Part shown: piece by piece, positions 1 through 12,492 of the stretch
Numbering within the stretch: the stretch's first letter is position 1
Layout: the number at the start of each line of letters is the position of its first letter
Origin: Lytechinus pictus
Taxonomy: Eukaryota
NCBI RefSeq assembly: GCF_037042905.1
Contig: NC_087250.1
Location: 22,878,001 to 22,942,000, forward strand
DNA: 64,000 bases
Direction of reading: 5' to 3'
Notes under the pieces: generated by a model
The model's database searches: none
Seen by the model: the letters and a program-made list of their open reading frames with translations, nothing else
Told to the model about the DNA's origin: nothing
Translations under genes and position numbers: made by a program

Positions 1-635
1 GAAATACATACAATTTTCAACACAGAGTTTGAGAATAAGACCTATTTCCCCTGAGCCACAAAACAGTATATTATGATCTAATAACCGATTTGATTTGGTT
101 TCCACATTCCATTGACAAAAGTATATACAAGTAAATCATTTTTAACAATACACAAAAAACAAGCAAAAGCATAATAACTGACGTAAATAACATAATCATT
201 AACATAATAAATATGAATAATGGTTAACATAATTAACATATTAATTACACTTGAAAGTTATATTTCTTTTACTTTTGAAATATTGAATTAGATTACATGA
301 AATAAAACAATTTTGCACATTGGTGCATAAATCGAAGGTGCAGAATATTTGGGTGCAAAACGTGATAAATTTTAACCTTGGTATAAACACCAGCACCCTT
401 TGTGGCGTTAGGCCCTAACAGTTTCATTTTGCAACACAGAGCTGCCAAAAACGGGTGGATAAAATGTTAATGGTTTCCTCGATATATCATGCTTTGATAA
501 TTCTACCTATTACTCCCATCCCACCCAGCACTACAGGCATAGACCTTCTGTTTTCGAATAGAACAGAGTCTGAAGCAGTGAGACTATAGATTTGTTCATG
601 TACCGTCGTTACTTCTACCGAATTTCAGATACAGA

Positions 636-947
636 GGCCCGTATTCTGAAGTCGGGTTTAACTTAAACTCGGGTTTAAAGTTGTGGTTTTAAGTATGGAC
701 AGCCAATTGTTACATAAATCACTTACAGTAGAGATATGATATTTCACCTCATTTGGATCTCAAATCATTCATAATTGTCAAGGAAGTATAAATAGATGAT
801 TGTCTTCACCATTGATAAATCAGGAAAGAGCACAGTAAACATAAGAAACATACAACTTAATGAAAATTTTGACACTTTTGGCTTCCCATAATTTTAGCAC
901 AGAGTTAGACCATGGTATAAGTTAAACCTGCCTTCAGAATATGGGCC
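636..947. mobile_element. PIF/Harbinger-like MITE
   Basis: TIR GGCCCGTATTCTGAAG...CTTCAGAATATGGGCC, 3-bp TSD AGA; a second family member lies at 15296-17085. Confidence 0.8.
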
Positions 948-1332
948 AGAGAGTTTGGAGTGTGCGTGTAGTCTACACTCTAAACTTGGTATAAGTCGTT
1001 AAAGTGTCAAATTTGAGTCTAAGTGTACTGGCAGACTCATTGGCGGCGGGAGCCAAACAAATTAGGGGGGGGGGGGGTTAGGCCTACCTGAAATTTTGGG
1101 ATGGACACAGATAAAAAAAATTTGACAAGCAAAAAAAGGTTATAAACCTAATTTTTTGAGGGGGGACACCAAAAAAATTTGACAAGCAAAAGAAAAAAAA
1201 GGTTGTCAACAAAAAAATTTAGGGGGACCGTCCCACACCTAAAATTCATCATGAGGGGTCCCCCCCCCCGCTTCCGCCGCCTATGGGCAGACTACACCGC
1301 CCCTCTTGAGATAAAATGACAAAAAAGGATAC

Positions 1333-1583
1333 CCTGAAGTAAACGTTCTTGTTGATAGGATCGCCGAGGTCCATGATGACGTCAATATTCCGATGGTCCA
1401 ATAAAAGTACACCTCCTGGTTTGAGCATCGATTTGAAATTCTCAAGGCAGCGTCGGTAGAGACCGAAGTTTGGTGTCGGATCGGTAAGACAAAGCAGCGA
1501 GTTTCCCATGCAGAGAACGGCATCGAATTCACCATAATCACCAAGGTCCGCCTTCAAGGTCAACCAATTGGCCTTCTCGATAT
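1333..1583 (-). CDS. GNMT: Glycine N-methyltransferase-like, coding exon 3 (gene continues left of window)
   Basis: Translates IEKANWLTL...FDAVLCMGNS...MLKPGGVLLLDHRN...KNVYFR, matching GNMT IEEANWLTL/FDAVICLGNS/PGGLLVIDHRN/KNIYYK. cag acceptor; AGG|GTATCC donor. Confidence 0.9.
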
Positions 1584-1947
1584 CTGTCGAGCAATCAGTG
1601 TAAATTAAATTAATAAAAATGTAACGGAAATAAATAATGTAATTTTTTCACACAGAGTAACAATATCAGGATTTTTTTTCTATACCAGCGGGCCCGATAC
1701 CATTACCCACTGGTGTCGATCCGTGACGTCATACTATTCAAATGGGGGGGGGGGGGGTGAAACAATAGATCACCCCCTTGACCAATAGGTTCACAACACA
1801 AATCGACACCATGCCATCATCCGCTCACTTTTGATACCCAGCATATTTTGAATCAATATATAGATTTGTTGATTCACATTTTGTCTCTTGAAAACAAGAA
1901 GTGCTATTGGCTTACGACACAAACTTAATTCTTTACATTTGGTTCTA

Positions 1948-2192
1948 CACTGCAAAATCGCAGGTGCTAATTTAACACCAGCTTGATATATAATCAGAAA
2001 ACACTGGAGAGGTGTTGAAACAGCACCGGTTTGGTGTTAGGCTAACACCAGACAGGCATTAAAGCAACACCAATTAGTGTTAAAACAATATCGGTTTGAT
2101 TCTAAACTGGTGTTATTTCAACACTTCTATAATGGTGTTTTCCGATATAGATATCCGACTGATGTTAAATTAACACCGACATTTTTGCAGTG
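1948..2192. mobile_element. Non-autonomous DNA transposon (CACTG ends, TA TSD)
   Basis: TA|CACTGCAAAA...TTTTGCAGTG|TA with internal aacacc/ggtgtt subrepeats. Confidence 0.75.
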
Positions 2193-2286
2193 TATCTAGG
2201 GTTTGATAACTTGATATCAAGAAACTGGATTAATGAAAGCGGTTTTCCATATAAGTCGACATACTCTGGCTAAATTAATAGTCCTG

Positions 2287-2455
2287 GGGGCCGTTTCACA
2301 AAGCTGTTCGTAAGTTAAGAGCAACTTTAAGAACGACTGGTGAACCTTTCTTACGCGCTATACCATCGCCAATGAATATATACTTTACCACAAGAAATGA
2401 TCACAAGTCGTTCTTAAAGTCGCTCTTAACTTACGAAGAGCTTTAAGAAACACAC
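2287..2455. mobile_element. Harbinger-like palindromic MITE
   Basis: GGGGCCGTTTCACAAAGCTGTTCGTAAGTTAAGAGC...GCTCTTAACTTACGAA; same family as 6141-6311. Confidence 0.7.
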
Positions 2456-3333
2456 ATTGGGGCCCCTTCTCACAAAGAGTTGTGATTGATCCGATCAACA
2501 TTATGACAATCCTTTATTGTTATTATTTTCAATCGATACACGAAATGTGCACGATGTCCATTGTAAACAATGAGAGAACACACTGAATTGTCAAGAAAAA
2601 ATTGCGAGTATATATATCATACCAGAATTTTTTTTAAACATACATCAGGCCTATTTTAGATCCTGGCATCGCTGTCTTTCCTTTATAATGATATTGACTT
2701 TATTTTACATATTTCACATAATTATGGACATAATACAAAAAAACAATATAACGTCCGAAGAAATAACATCGTATGAAATATAAGACGTGGCAGCATAAAT
2801 TTAAGTTAAATAATACAGCAATTTGAATTCAAACACAATTCAAAATATGGCGAGATATGAGGGAACCAGCATAAAAAAGCATTGCCTGTTAGGTCTGCAG
2901 GACCCCCCCCCCCAAAAAAAAAATGTCTTAATTTGTAGGAGAGAACAATAAATTGAAACTAATACATAAAGAAATGCCAATGTATTATAAGTGTAGAGTG
3001 TACATAAAAAAAGAAGAAAAAAACGTGAGTGCCACTATTTGCAACTATTACTCAGCCAGAGCGCATAAACAATATTTGTAAATATTACGATATAACCTAC
3101 ACAGGAAAATTGTAAGAATTAATCAACGTCAACTTCAATTACATTTGCTGAGGTGTGACAGCTTCTTTTGCTGGAACGTAGAATACAATATCCCATTTTG
3201 TAAATTAAAGTCTTTGTTACATGACTCAGGCGGGAACCAAACCCACGACCCCTCGTTTATGAGACGGATGCTCTAACCACCGATTCACCATGCTAGGTGG
3301 CTCATATGAAATAGAAAATAACATTTTACTGAC

Positions 3334-3461
3334 CCCAGGTTCCATGTTGCTGTTCACTCTCATATGATTTCCTGGCATGCCTTGCCTGGCGTAGCATCGC
3401 CTCAGCGCTGTCTGAGCTGACGACTTGGAAACCGTGCTTCAAAAGAAAAAGAGAATCCCCT
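3334..3461 (-). CDS. GNMT: Glycine N-methyltransferase-like, coding exon 2
   Basis: cag acceptor and gtcagt donor. Phases 2/1 match the flanking exons. Translates GDSLFLLKHGFQVVSSDSAEAMLRQARHARKSYESEQQHGTW (GNMT: [23 protein letters not shown]...). Confidence 0.88.
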
Positions 3462-4249
3462 CTGTACACAGATGGGACAAAAAAATGCAGAAAAAACATT
3501 TATGGAAGACAGTGGGGAGTGTTCGCAACAGCTACCCATACGCTTTCTGGAACGTAGTGAATCTATAAAATTGTCAAAAGCCTTCCATGAAAAAGATTTT
3601 TTTTTTTAAATCGGTGACTCAAAACAGCAGTTTCATCCACATGACTCTGGACAAACGACATATTTGCAATTATTATTCGCCAGCTCCGGATATTATAGGA
3701 CGATCTGCTGCCCCGGGACACCGATTTTCAAGAAAAAGGGTGGTTTGTAAAGATTGGTCAATCGCGGGGTCAAACGTATTCAGGGTTTTTTTCCAAAGCT
3801 TTTTTTTTAAGACTAGCCAAACGTGTTTAGGGTATGTTTTTCCCCCAAGCTTTTTCCCGGGGTCATATTCTGGTGAAAACTTGTTTAGGGGCCAAAATAT
3901 GTAAATAAATCCCGGGAAAAACTTGTTTATAGGGGCAAGTTATTTTGCACACAGAGAAAAAAAATCGTTTAGGGGGAAATAATTTGGTCACGCATGTGTA
4001 CAGCAATACATTTGAATGCCCCCAACCCCGGCTGATTTAATGCATAATATATTCATTTGCTGCAACTTATTTATTTTGTTACAAGGGAGACATATCATAC
4101 AAGTCATTCATGAAAATATCAAATAATTATGATTTCATGCAAAAACATAGGAAAAAGAAAAGCGATATCACCTAAGAAATATTCAGGATCCTCTTTAAAG
4201 GCTCTGTATTTTAAAATGTGATTTGTTATTGATAGTTTGATACTACTAC

Positions 4250-4504
4250 TAGTAGTAATAATAATGCAACATTTATATAGCGCTTAATACAAAATGTTTC
4301 TAAGCGCTGCATACTATTAGCCCGGCTTATAGCACGGCTAGGCTAATCGGCGCTCGAGCATTCAAGGAATATTCATTCCTACCGGGCACCCATTTACTTC
4401 ACCTGGGTGAAGAGTGGCAAATGACGCGAGGGCTTTGGTGGGATTTGAACCCCGGACCTTGTGGTTGAAGTCAGGAGACTTATCCTCTGAGCCACAAAAC
4501 CTCT
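4250..4504 (-). mobile_element. tRNA-derived SINE
   Basis: The minus-strand head has A-box-like TGGCTCAGAGG and B-box GGTTCAAATCC; (ATT)n-type tail. Confidence 0.6.
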
Positions 4505-4540
4505 AATAGGCCTATATTATATATAAAAAGTTTCACTCAC

Positions 4541-4701
4541 CCTGTTCCACACGCTACGTCCAGCACCCGACTACAGTTACGAGATCGAAGATGATGAAGT
4601 AGCCATTGCTTGAATCCATTCGATCTCTCAGTCAACACTCCCAATCTCAGAACAACCTTCTCATCGTCACAAGAGTTGATAACTTTGATCGATTGAGACA
4701 T
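4541..4701 (-). CDS. GNMT: Glycine N-methyltransferase-like, coding exon 1
   Basis: Manual translation MSQSIKVINSCDDEKVVLRLGVLTERSNGFKQWLLHHLRSRNCSRVLDVACGTG. It has SAM motif I (VLDVACGTG) and the GNMT-like R..FK.WL. It ends at a GG|GTGAGT donor (phase 2). The ATG at 4701 is the presumed start. Confidence 0.85.
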
Positions 4702-4774
4702 GATCGTTCAGTGACAGTGTTAGTGATGGTGTATAATATAGTGACTTATTTTTACCTTTTTTTTAAAGAACTTG

Positions 4775-4945
4775 TAAGCAAGTAACCGGAGAACTGACGG
4801 CTTAAGGTCCTTTCCGAGGGACCTGGTAATGAGGAATTAAATGCCTTACCATCAAAGGGCACTTTATTGCAGCAATTGGGAATCGAGCCCGGGTCACTGA
4901 ATACGAAACCCTTGATTGATCTACCGACTGAGCTATCGCATCTCC
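4775..4945 (-). mobile_element. tRNA-derived SINE (second family; related copy at ~20255-20453)
   Basis: Head TAGCTCAGTCGGTAGA...GGCTCGATTCCC. The body gagaactgacggcttaaggtcc is shared with ~20300. Confidence 0.6.
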
Positions 4946-6140
4946 TAAACTGTAATTACAAGGTCTGCTCCTAAGAAATCATGCCAAGTTATGTTCATCA
5001 CAAGAAGGCATTAATTTATTATGTTTCAAGAGGCCTGCGTCGAAGTCACAAGACATTTGTGATGATGTAACAGTAAACGTAATTCTACAGTCGCCCATGG
5101 GTCCCTGTTATGAAGACTTACGAATATCGAAATATCTCAGACAAAGGCATGTTCCAATACCGAGCCTTAATTGAAATTCCGGACATATTCTTCAGTAAGT
5201 CTAATTCACAAACATTTCCTTTTATGCCTTGTCAGCCAATAACGTTCCAACGTTGGGCAATTAGGGAATGTTATAAAGGATGAAAATAGGCATTCATTCG
5301 AAATTGGTTCTAGTAAATTGTTCAGACCGTCCCTTTCGTCCAAACTGGTCAAACGTACCTCCAGAAACACACACCCACATGTTAGTTTCCCCAGTAAATG
5401 GTAGTTATTTATTCTTATTATGTAATCAATGTGTACTTGCTGACGAGGTAGCTAGACTGCATCATCATGCATGTGAGAAAAGAGCCTTTATTGAACATTA
5501 AATAATTCAAACAAAAGTCAAGTTTTATAGGCCAAGTATCATTTCGGTTGCATGGCATTTGCTAATGGAATAGGTAACTTCAAACCTACACCCTTAACCT
5601 AACTCATAAAACCCCCTTTTGCAACCCGCGGACGTAAAATAAGTTAAGCCAGGAGTCAAGTCACCGTCGTTTCAAAGAGAGGTAACCTCCTCGGGAGGGA
5701 AGGGGGGGCAAACTTGAAATTTACGCTCACTCAACATCAGACGACGGCCGGACTGGCATACCAAAGGGGGGGGGGGGGGCTCAGGGACATCGACCCATAA
5801 AACTTCAATGACCAATAATAAGGGAAACAAGAAAGGAGCAAAGGATATGGATACGATATGTTATATTGTAAATAATGACCAATTACAAGAAAATATCTCA
5901 ATATATAGATTTTCCTTTTAAAATGTTTAATTTTTTTCCTCACTCGCTTCGATTTTCCGAGACTTTTTGCGCGTGCATCATGTTTTGCACCACTGGACAA
6001 TGAGGGTTAATCGCTCAACATCTATCATCAGCTATATCGTGCTCGGAATCATGGGGACCCCTATTACCACGTACAGGAGTAGGATCACAACTGAGTCGCA
6101 ATTCATGGTACGTACAATATCAGCGTCGCTAATAGACCAG

Positions 6141-6311
6141 GGGGCCGTTTCATAAAGCTGTTCGTAAGTTAAGAGCGACTTTAAGAACGACTGGTGATCC
6201 TTTATTGTGGCAAATGGTATATTCATTAGCGATGGTTACGCGCGTAAGAAAGGATCACCAGTCGTTCTTAAAGTCGCTCTTAACTTACGAACAGCTTTAT
6301 GAAACACCCGC
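6141..6311. mobile_element. Harbinger-like palindromic MITE nested in an older TIR element (~6132-6687, homologous to 26461-26910 reversed)
   Basis: CAG TSD (6138-40/6312-14) and long inverted arms. The flanks continue as the reverse complement of 26461-26910. Confidence 0.78.
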
Positions 6312-7413
6312 CAGGTCGGAGTTACCTAATGGGCAATTTTGGTCAAATGACCTTTCATTTCTTTCATTATATGATAGGCAGATTTCAAAGCATTCCTTAC
6401 ATAGAAGGGTGCAGAAATTGCACTGACCAGGTGACTAAAATAACACACTATGAACACTCTATGAAGGCATTTGTTGCATTTCTGCTATGAATGCATTAGC
6501 ATGTTGCTATAATGTACTTAGCCAACTGTGAAATACCAGTCGCTAATAATGGACGCATATAACCCAAATTCAAAAGAATAATCAAGACATCAAAGTTGGT
6601 GCTTATCTCATTAAATATTCAACCGCCATGTCACTTTAGTACATTAAACTTCTGAGCATGCGTAGAATGGAACTCCGAACTTGCTTATCATGATCGGGTA
6701 CGGGTCGATAATGACACCGCGGGGAAAGGGCCGTTAAATTCACTAGTGTCTGCATAAAGTGTGTAATGATTATAAGGATATCGTATTTACAATTGAGAAG
6801 AGGATCGATCACCCTTCAAATTATTGATTTTAATAAAATATAATGATATAACATAATGGGATCAGTGACGTAATGAGCCAAACTTTTTGAGGGGCCAGAC
6901 ACGGGGTATGGGGCATATCTATTTAAAACATTGCGAGCGGACGAGCAAAAATTTTAAACCTTTTTAATACCAAAAAAAAATTGTGATAGATTTTGACATG
7001 ATATCCAGAGAAAGATATCATATCTCATCCCTTTTCCTTTCCTTATTTATTATATTATTATTATTTTTTTTTTGGGGGGGGGCGGGGCATGGACCCCAAA
7101 CGCCTCCCCCAAACTGTTCGCAGTGCGTCGGAATAATGCATTCGCATTCTGAAGGCATTTTCCAGTTAGCGAGTTCTAATTCTCCAAAAGATGTTATCAA
7201 TAGACTATTTGCCAACAACTTTCAAACAACGGTCTGAATACTACAATGTCTATAAGCCACAAAATAAATATACCGATCAAATATTTGCTTTTCTCGATCT
7301 TTTTATTGGTCCTGTCAAAGTAGTATCTGAATGAGCTAGATATCTTTAGGGGGTCAGAGATCTCCTTTTCACAGTTTTCCTTTTCCGATCCTCACAGATA
7401 ACACAATTAACTT

Positions 7414-7830
7414 GGTTTATTTTCGATTAGTCCAATGTCAATTCGTCCAATTACCAACTCGTCTACTATCATTTGGTCTACCATCAGTTCGTCCACTATC
7501 CACATAATCTACTAGTTGCCATTTCGGCCACTCACCGTTTTGTTTAATAACCAGTTGTTCCAATAGCCATTTAGTCCATACATTTTGGTCGAATTGGACT
7601 ATGTGTTAATTGGGCGAACTGAATGAAAATAAAATAGATAATAGACCAACTAACTTTGAGACGAAATGGTCATAGACGAAATGCATATTAGACGAAGTGA
7701 TGATTGGACGAAATGGTTATTGGACCAAATGGTTGTTAGACAAAATGTAGATGGACGGAATGTCATTAGACTAAATGAAGGTAGACCATGTAGTGAGTGG
7801 TCAAATTTGTAGGACGAATCGGCAATTTAA
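7414..7830. repeat. Foldback-type repeat made of ~15-bp subunits (ttcgtcta/ttggtcta vs tagacgaa/tagaccaa)
   Basis: The left half and right half carry complementary short subrepeats. Confidence 0.6.
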
Positions 7831-7849
7831 CATAACCTTCTTATGTTTA

Positions 7850-8845
7850 GACATACACCCCCCTGACCAAAAACCTCCCTTTCTTCTCATCCTTTACACA
7901 CCCTCAAAAAGTCAGCACTCGGCCCTCCATCCATTCACATCGCTCTTCCATCCATTCACTCATCGCAGACACACACCCCTATCCAGACCCTCAGTGATGA
8001 ACACACACACACACACACATACACTCTCAACACAGACAGATAAACACACCCTCCCAGTTAGGTCCTCACAGATGAACACACACACATACACTCTCAACAC
8101 AGACAGATCAACACACCCTCCCTGTTAGGTCCTCACAGATGAACACACACACATACACTCCCATCAGAGATACACAACCACCCCCATCCTATACCCTCAA
8201 ATCTGAACACATACTCTTGTCAGACTTACACATACATATGCATTCAGGCCCCCAAAAAAAACACCAACGCACACTCTCATCATAGAGACACAAAAATACA
8301 CACCCTCGCCCTTCCAATCAGGCCCACACAGTTGAACCAACCACATACTCTCTCAGTACAGTCACCCAAACACACACATCCCACTCAGCATAAAAAAAAA
8401 CCTATGCATAGTCTTATCACAGACTTACAAACACACACACACTCACTCCCACACTGGCCCTCACAAAGGAACACACCCACAGACATACAAACACACACAC
8501 ACCCTCCTGGGGAAGCCCTTACAGATGAACACACACACAATTCTCATCATTTGCCCAACACACACTCCCATTCATGCTTCATGCCTTTACAGACGAGTGC
8601 ACCCACACACACTCTGATCAGCGACACACATACATATAAACCCTTGCACTCAGGCCCTCACAGATGGACAAACCAATGTACACTCATCATAAACATACAA
8701 ACACACCCACCCTCACCTGAATACTCAGGCCCTCATGGAAAGTCACACACACCCACCATCATTGCACACTCCTCCCTCTCCTACACACACACACACACTT
8801 AGAATCACATTCATACACACATCCATTCATCTCTACACACAAATA
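7850..8845. repeat. CA-rich degenerate minisatellite (aggccctcacagatgaacacacac units)
   Basis: Recurring motif plus (CA)n runs; the ORFs here are H/T-rich low-complexity artefacts. Confidence 0.8.
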
Positions 8846-9318
8846 CATACCCTGTATTACTTTCAATGACAAACACCACAAAACTATATGTGAATTAATC
8901 TTTAAATAAAATATTCTATTTTACAGAATTCTTATGAATATCACATAATGAAGAGATCCATTGCATAAAATTCAACATTATTTCAACATTGAAACGATCA
9001 CATGCACTGCTCTTAGTATACTTAAATACCGGTAGGCAAATATCAGCAGCTGATATTCAACCAGAACAGAAACACATTAATGTTTTTTTAAATCACAATC
9101 CATCTTTCAAATATCAATTTTCTTCAAAAGAATTTTATTATCTATTAAAAGGGGGTGTAGCATGAAAATATTTGCAATAAATTGCAAATTTCTCTTGCAA
9201 TTTACATTTGATATATCTGATTAACTTGTGTCAAATCAAGCAAATCAGCAATCGGGTATAAATTACAATTAAATGTAAGACATATAATTGCAATTCATCG
9301 AAATTTTCTTGCAATGTT

Positions 9319-9719
9319 CAATTCGGTGGATTCACAATACAGTGCGCCACCTATTGGTTGCAGTGGATAGGTAAGTTTGTTATGCCTCATGGGTAAAAGT
9401 CAACATCTGCTGTGCGCAATAGTGCATGAATGAGATTATGCTGCACTGGCCAGAGCAGCTCGGTTAGCTGGCATAAAATTATGCGGCTTACCAGGGTCCA
9501 GGAGGTGCGTGAGAAACTTGCTGCATATTTGTGAAATTTAGACCGTTTTCAGTGAATTCTCTCTCCGCTTTTGCCATATGGTTTTCATTCTTTAATCAGT
9601 CAAATTACAGTACACTAGCACTGCGCTCTGTCTGCGCACAACGCCGACCCGGAAGTTAGAAATTGGCCTGTCCGCTGCAACCGATAGATGGTGCACAGTT
9701 TTGTGAATCCACAGAATTG
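9319..9719. mobile_element. MITE with ~50-bp imperfect TIRs
   Basis: CAATTCGGTGGATTCACAATACAGTGCGCCACCTATTGGTTGCAG vs CTGCAACCGATAGATGGTGCACAGTTTTGTGAATCCACAGAATTG; TSD not clear. Confidence 0.68.
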
Positions 9720-9999
9720 CATTACTTAAAAACCTTCACTGACAAGTTTCTTTGATTTCTCGGCATCTATTAAACCCAGGGCGGACATTCCTCTTCAATA
9801 TCAATGTTAAATTTTAAAAAGCGCATTAACATATTACTCAATTATGCTACAGGCTTAACCTATATCCTAACAATAATGACATTAATAACAATAATAAAAC
9901 GTTTAGTTCATAAAGCACCTTTTTGCAAGAGACAATGCACATGGGATAACAAACAAAAAGTCAGAAAAACTGAAAGTGGTCTGAAAAATTAATTGAATA

Positions 10000-10328
10000 T
10001 AATAATAATGATAATAATAAAAGCCAATTTTTATATAGCGCTTTTCCCAAAACTGGTCATTGGATTTATTTCAATCCCGCATGAAAAGTGCACGATTTCC
10101 ACTCCCTGGGAAGCATTCCTTGCATTCATCGTAGCCTCATTATGGCGCTGGCAAATTCAAACATACAATATCTTTCGCATCCTACCCGATACCCATTTAG
10201 CACCTGGGTCGAGAGTGGCAAAGTGTGTATTTACACCTTGCCAAAGGACGCTAGACCATGATGGGATTCGAACACACGACCCTCTGTTTACAAGGCGAGA
10301 GTCAGAACCACTACACCACGGCTCTTCC
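10000..10328 (-). mobile_element. tRNA-derived SINE
   Basis: A box TGGTGTAGTGG and B box GTTCGAATCC on the - strand, with an (ATT)n tail. The head is shared with 17650-17825. Confidence 0.72.
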
Positions 10329-10774
10329 ACATATGACAAACTAACACAAGATTGAAAAAGTAAAATCAGAATACATAGGTTTTTAGACACTTCTTGATTG
10401 AGGTAAACGTCCGGGAATCCTTAGGAATAGTGTAGAAGTTAGAGAGCTCCATGATTTGTGAGCTGCAGTTGAAAAGACCCAATGATATATTTTTTTCTAG
10501 CAGTCTGAGGGATGACAAAGTGGAAGCGCTCCAACTTTTATCATTTAAAATCAATAAAAATCGTCCTAATTGTAATAAATAGGATAATGCCTGTCACATC
10601 AGTGAAACCGACCTCTGACCAAAGCCACATTATTTCCCATCACATGAAAGACATGGCTTGGAATTTTTAGGGGATCAAGGTTTTCCAAATTTCTTCAATG
10701 CTCTCCCTTCACTCAATCTCACTTTGACGTGATGAAACCTGTCTACCTCTATGGGCTGATCAAGTTGAATGAAT

Positions 10775-10855
10775 TTAATAGTCCTGAGAAGCTTGCCGGT
10801 GTACAAGGTCAGCATACATTCCTTTCTTCTTCATTAGTTCAGTATGACTGCCAAT
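10775..10855 (-). CDS. ABCB8: ABCB8 last coding exon
   Basis: ttttag|IGSHTELMKKKGMYADLVHRQASQDY*, a typical ABCB C-terminal G.H.EL....G.Y..LV motif. Confidence 0.88.
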   Translation of the reverse strand: MGSHTELMKKKGMYADLVHRQASQDY

Positions 10856-11238
10856 CTAAAAGGAATAATAAAAAGGAAAATTTCACTCAGTACAGAATGA
10901 TTTCCAATCTAAAAGGAATAATAAAAAGGGAAATTTCACTCAGTACAGAATGATTTCCAATCTAAAACGAATAATTAAAAGGGAAATTTCACTCAGTACA
11001 GAATGATTTCCAATCTAAAACGAATAATTAAAAGGGAAATTTCACTCAGTACAGAATGATTTCCAATCTAAAACGAATAATTAAAAGGGAAATTTCACTC
11101 AGTACAGAATGATTTCCAATCAAATAAATAATAAAAAGGGAAATTTCACTCAGTACAGAATGATTTCCAATCTAAAAGGAATAATAAAAAGAGAAATTTC
11201 ACTTAGTACGGAATGATTTCCAATCTAAAAGGAATAAT
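10851..11238. repeat. 53-bp minisatellite (7 units + partial) overlapping the last ABCB8 acceptor
   Basis: ccaatc recurs at 10851, 10904, 10957, 11010, 11063, 11116, 11167, 11220. Confidence 0.95.
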
Positions 11239-11309
11239 TCATTTTCAGTTCAGTTTGTCAATACGAACAATAGGGTTCCAACCCTAAAAAGACTGGACCA
11301 TTTTTTTTA

Positions 11310-12172
11310 AACACGTGGAACGCCTCTTGCAGTCTCGCCTGCATTACGCAATTCGATATAGCAGCAGTCCTGCCTTTGAAAACAGCTAATGAATAATTAT
11401 TCACAGAAAAAAACACCAATATGATAATAAGATATTATGTCCATTGACCCAAAATGACCTTTGACCATGTGACCTAAGACATGCGCAAAACAATCATTCA
11501 TACTTGATTACCCTTATGTCGATGTTTCATGAGCTAAATCCTTAAACTTTCTAAGTTATGATGCCAATTCAAAGCATACTCCCAACACGGCCAGAGTTCA
11601 TTGACCTATAAATGACCTTTGATCTTGGCCATGTTTCTTAAAAACGTGCACAGGGTATTCAGGGATACATTGCTCTTATTTCCAAGTTTCATGAATTAGA
11701 TCCATAAACTTTTAAAGTTATGATGACAATTCCTCAAATAACCCCAACTTGGCCAACGTTTGTTGACCCTAAGTGACCTTTGACCTTAATCATGTGACCT
11801 GAAACTCAGGCAGGATCTTCGGTGATACACTATTACCCTTATGTCTAAGTTTTATGAACTAGGTCCATATAATTTCGAAGTTATGACAACATTTTAAAAA
11901 CTTAACCTTGGTTAAGATTTTGATATTGATTCCCCCAACATGGTCTAAGCTCATTGACCCTAAATGACCTTGGTCATGTGACCTTAATCTCAGGCAGAAT
12001 TTTTAGTAATACTTGATTACCCTTATGACTAAGTTTCATGAACTAGGTCCATATACTTTCTAAGTTATGATGACATTTCAAAAACTTAACCTTGGTTAAG
12101 ATTTCAATGTTAACGACGCCGTCGTCGGAAAAGCGGCGCCTATAGTCTCGCTCTGCTATGCAGGCGAGACAA
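11310..12172 (+). mobile_element. Helentron/HINE-like non-autonomous element with internal tandem repeats
   Basis: Subterminal inverted repeat gtctcgcctgca (5') / tgcaggcgagac (3'), a 3' hairpin gtctcgc...gcgagac, and internal ~125-bp 'tgacctttgacc' repeats. Confidence 0.62.
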
Positions 12173-12403
12173 AAACCATATTGCCAAAACAGTGTCTCTT
12201 GAAAAAAAAAATGAAATAAGTTTCAATGAGAAGAAAGCAAAGATATAACTATGTATTTTTTTTTACAGTTGAGTTAGATTGTCCTTTCCTTGTGCATACT
12301 TCCCAACTGAGTGGATTTTCAGGTTAATCTACTCGGTTGGGAAGTATGCACAAGGAAAGGACAATCTACCACAACTACCCAAAAAAAAAAAAAAAAAAAT
12401 TAC

Positions 12404-12492
12404 CTCTTGAATTTTGCCATCTGCAAGTACAGCTATAACATCTGCGTTCTGTATTGTACTAAGCCGATGAGCAATGATTAGCACTGTACGAC
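12404..12492 (-). CDS. ABCB8: ABCB8 exon (H-loop)
   Basis: [30 protein letters not shown]; cag/gtaat boundaries; phase 1/0. Confidence 0.93.

Noticed and set aside
7775-8802. His/Thr-rich ORFs of 117 and 156 aa
   Set aside because: Artefacts of the CA-rich minisatellite.
10255-10328. tRNA genes (also ~3226-3295, ~4435-4504, ~17650-17720)
   Set aside because: A/B boxes are present but there is no convincing cloverleaf, and most continue into a shared SINE body. They are SINE heads.
10851-11238. CRISPR-like regular array
   Set aside because: The units are contiguous and near-identical with no unique spacers, there are no cas genes, and the context is a eukaryotic intron. It is a minisatellite.
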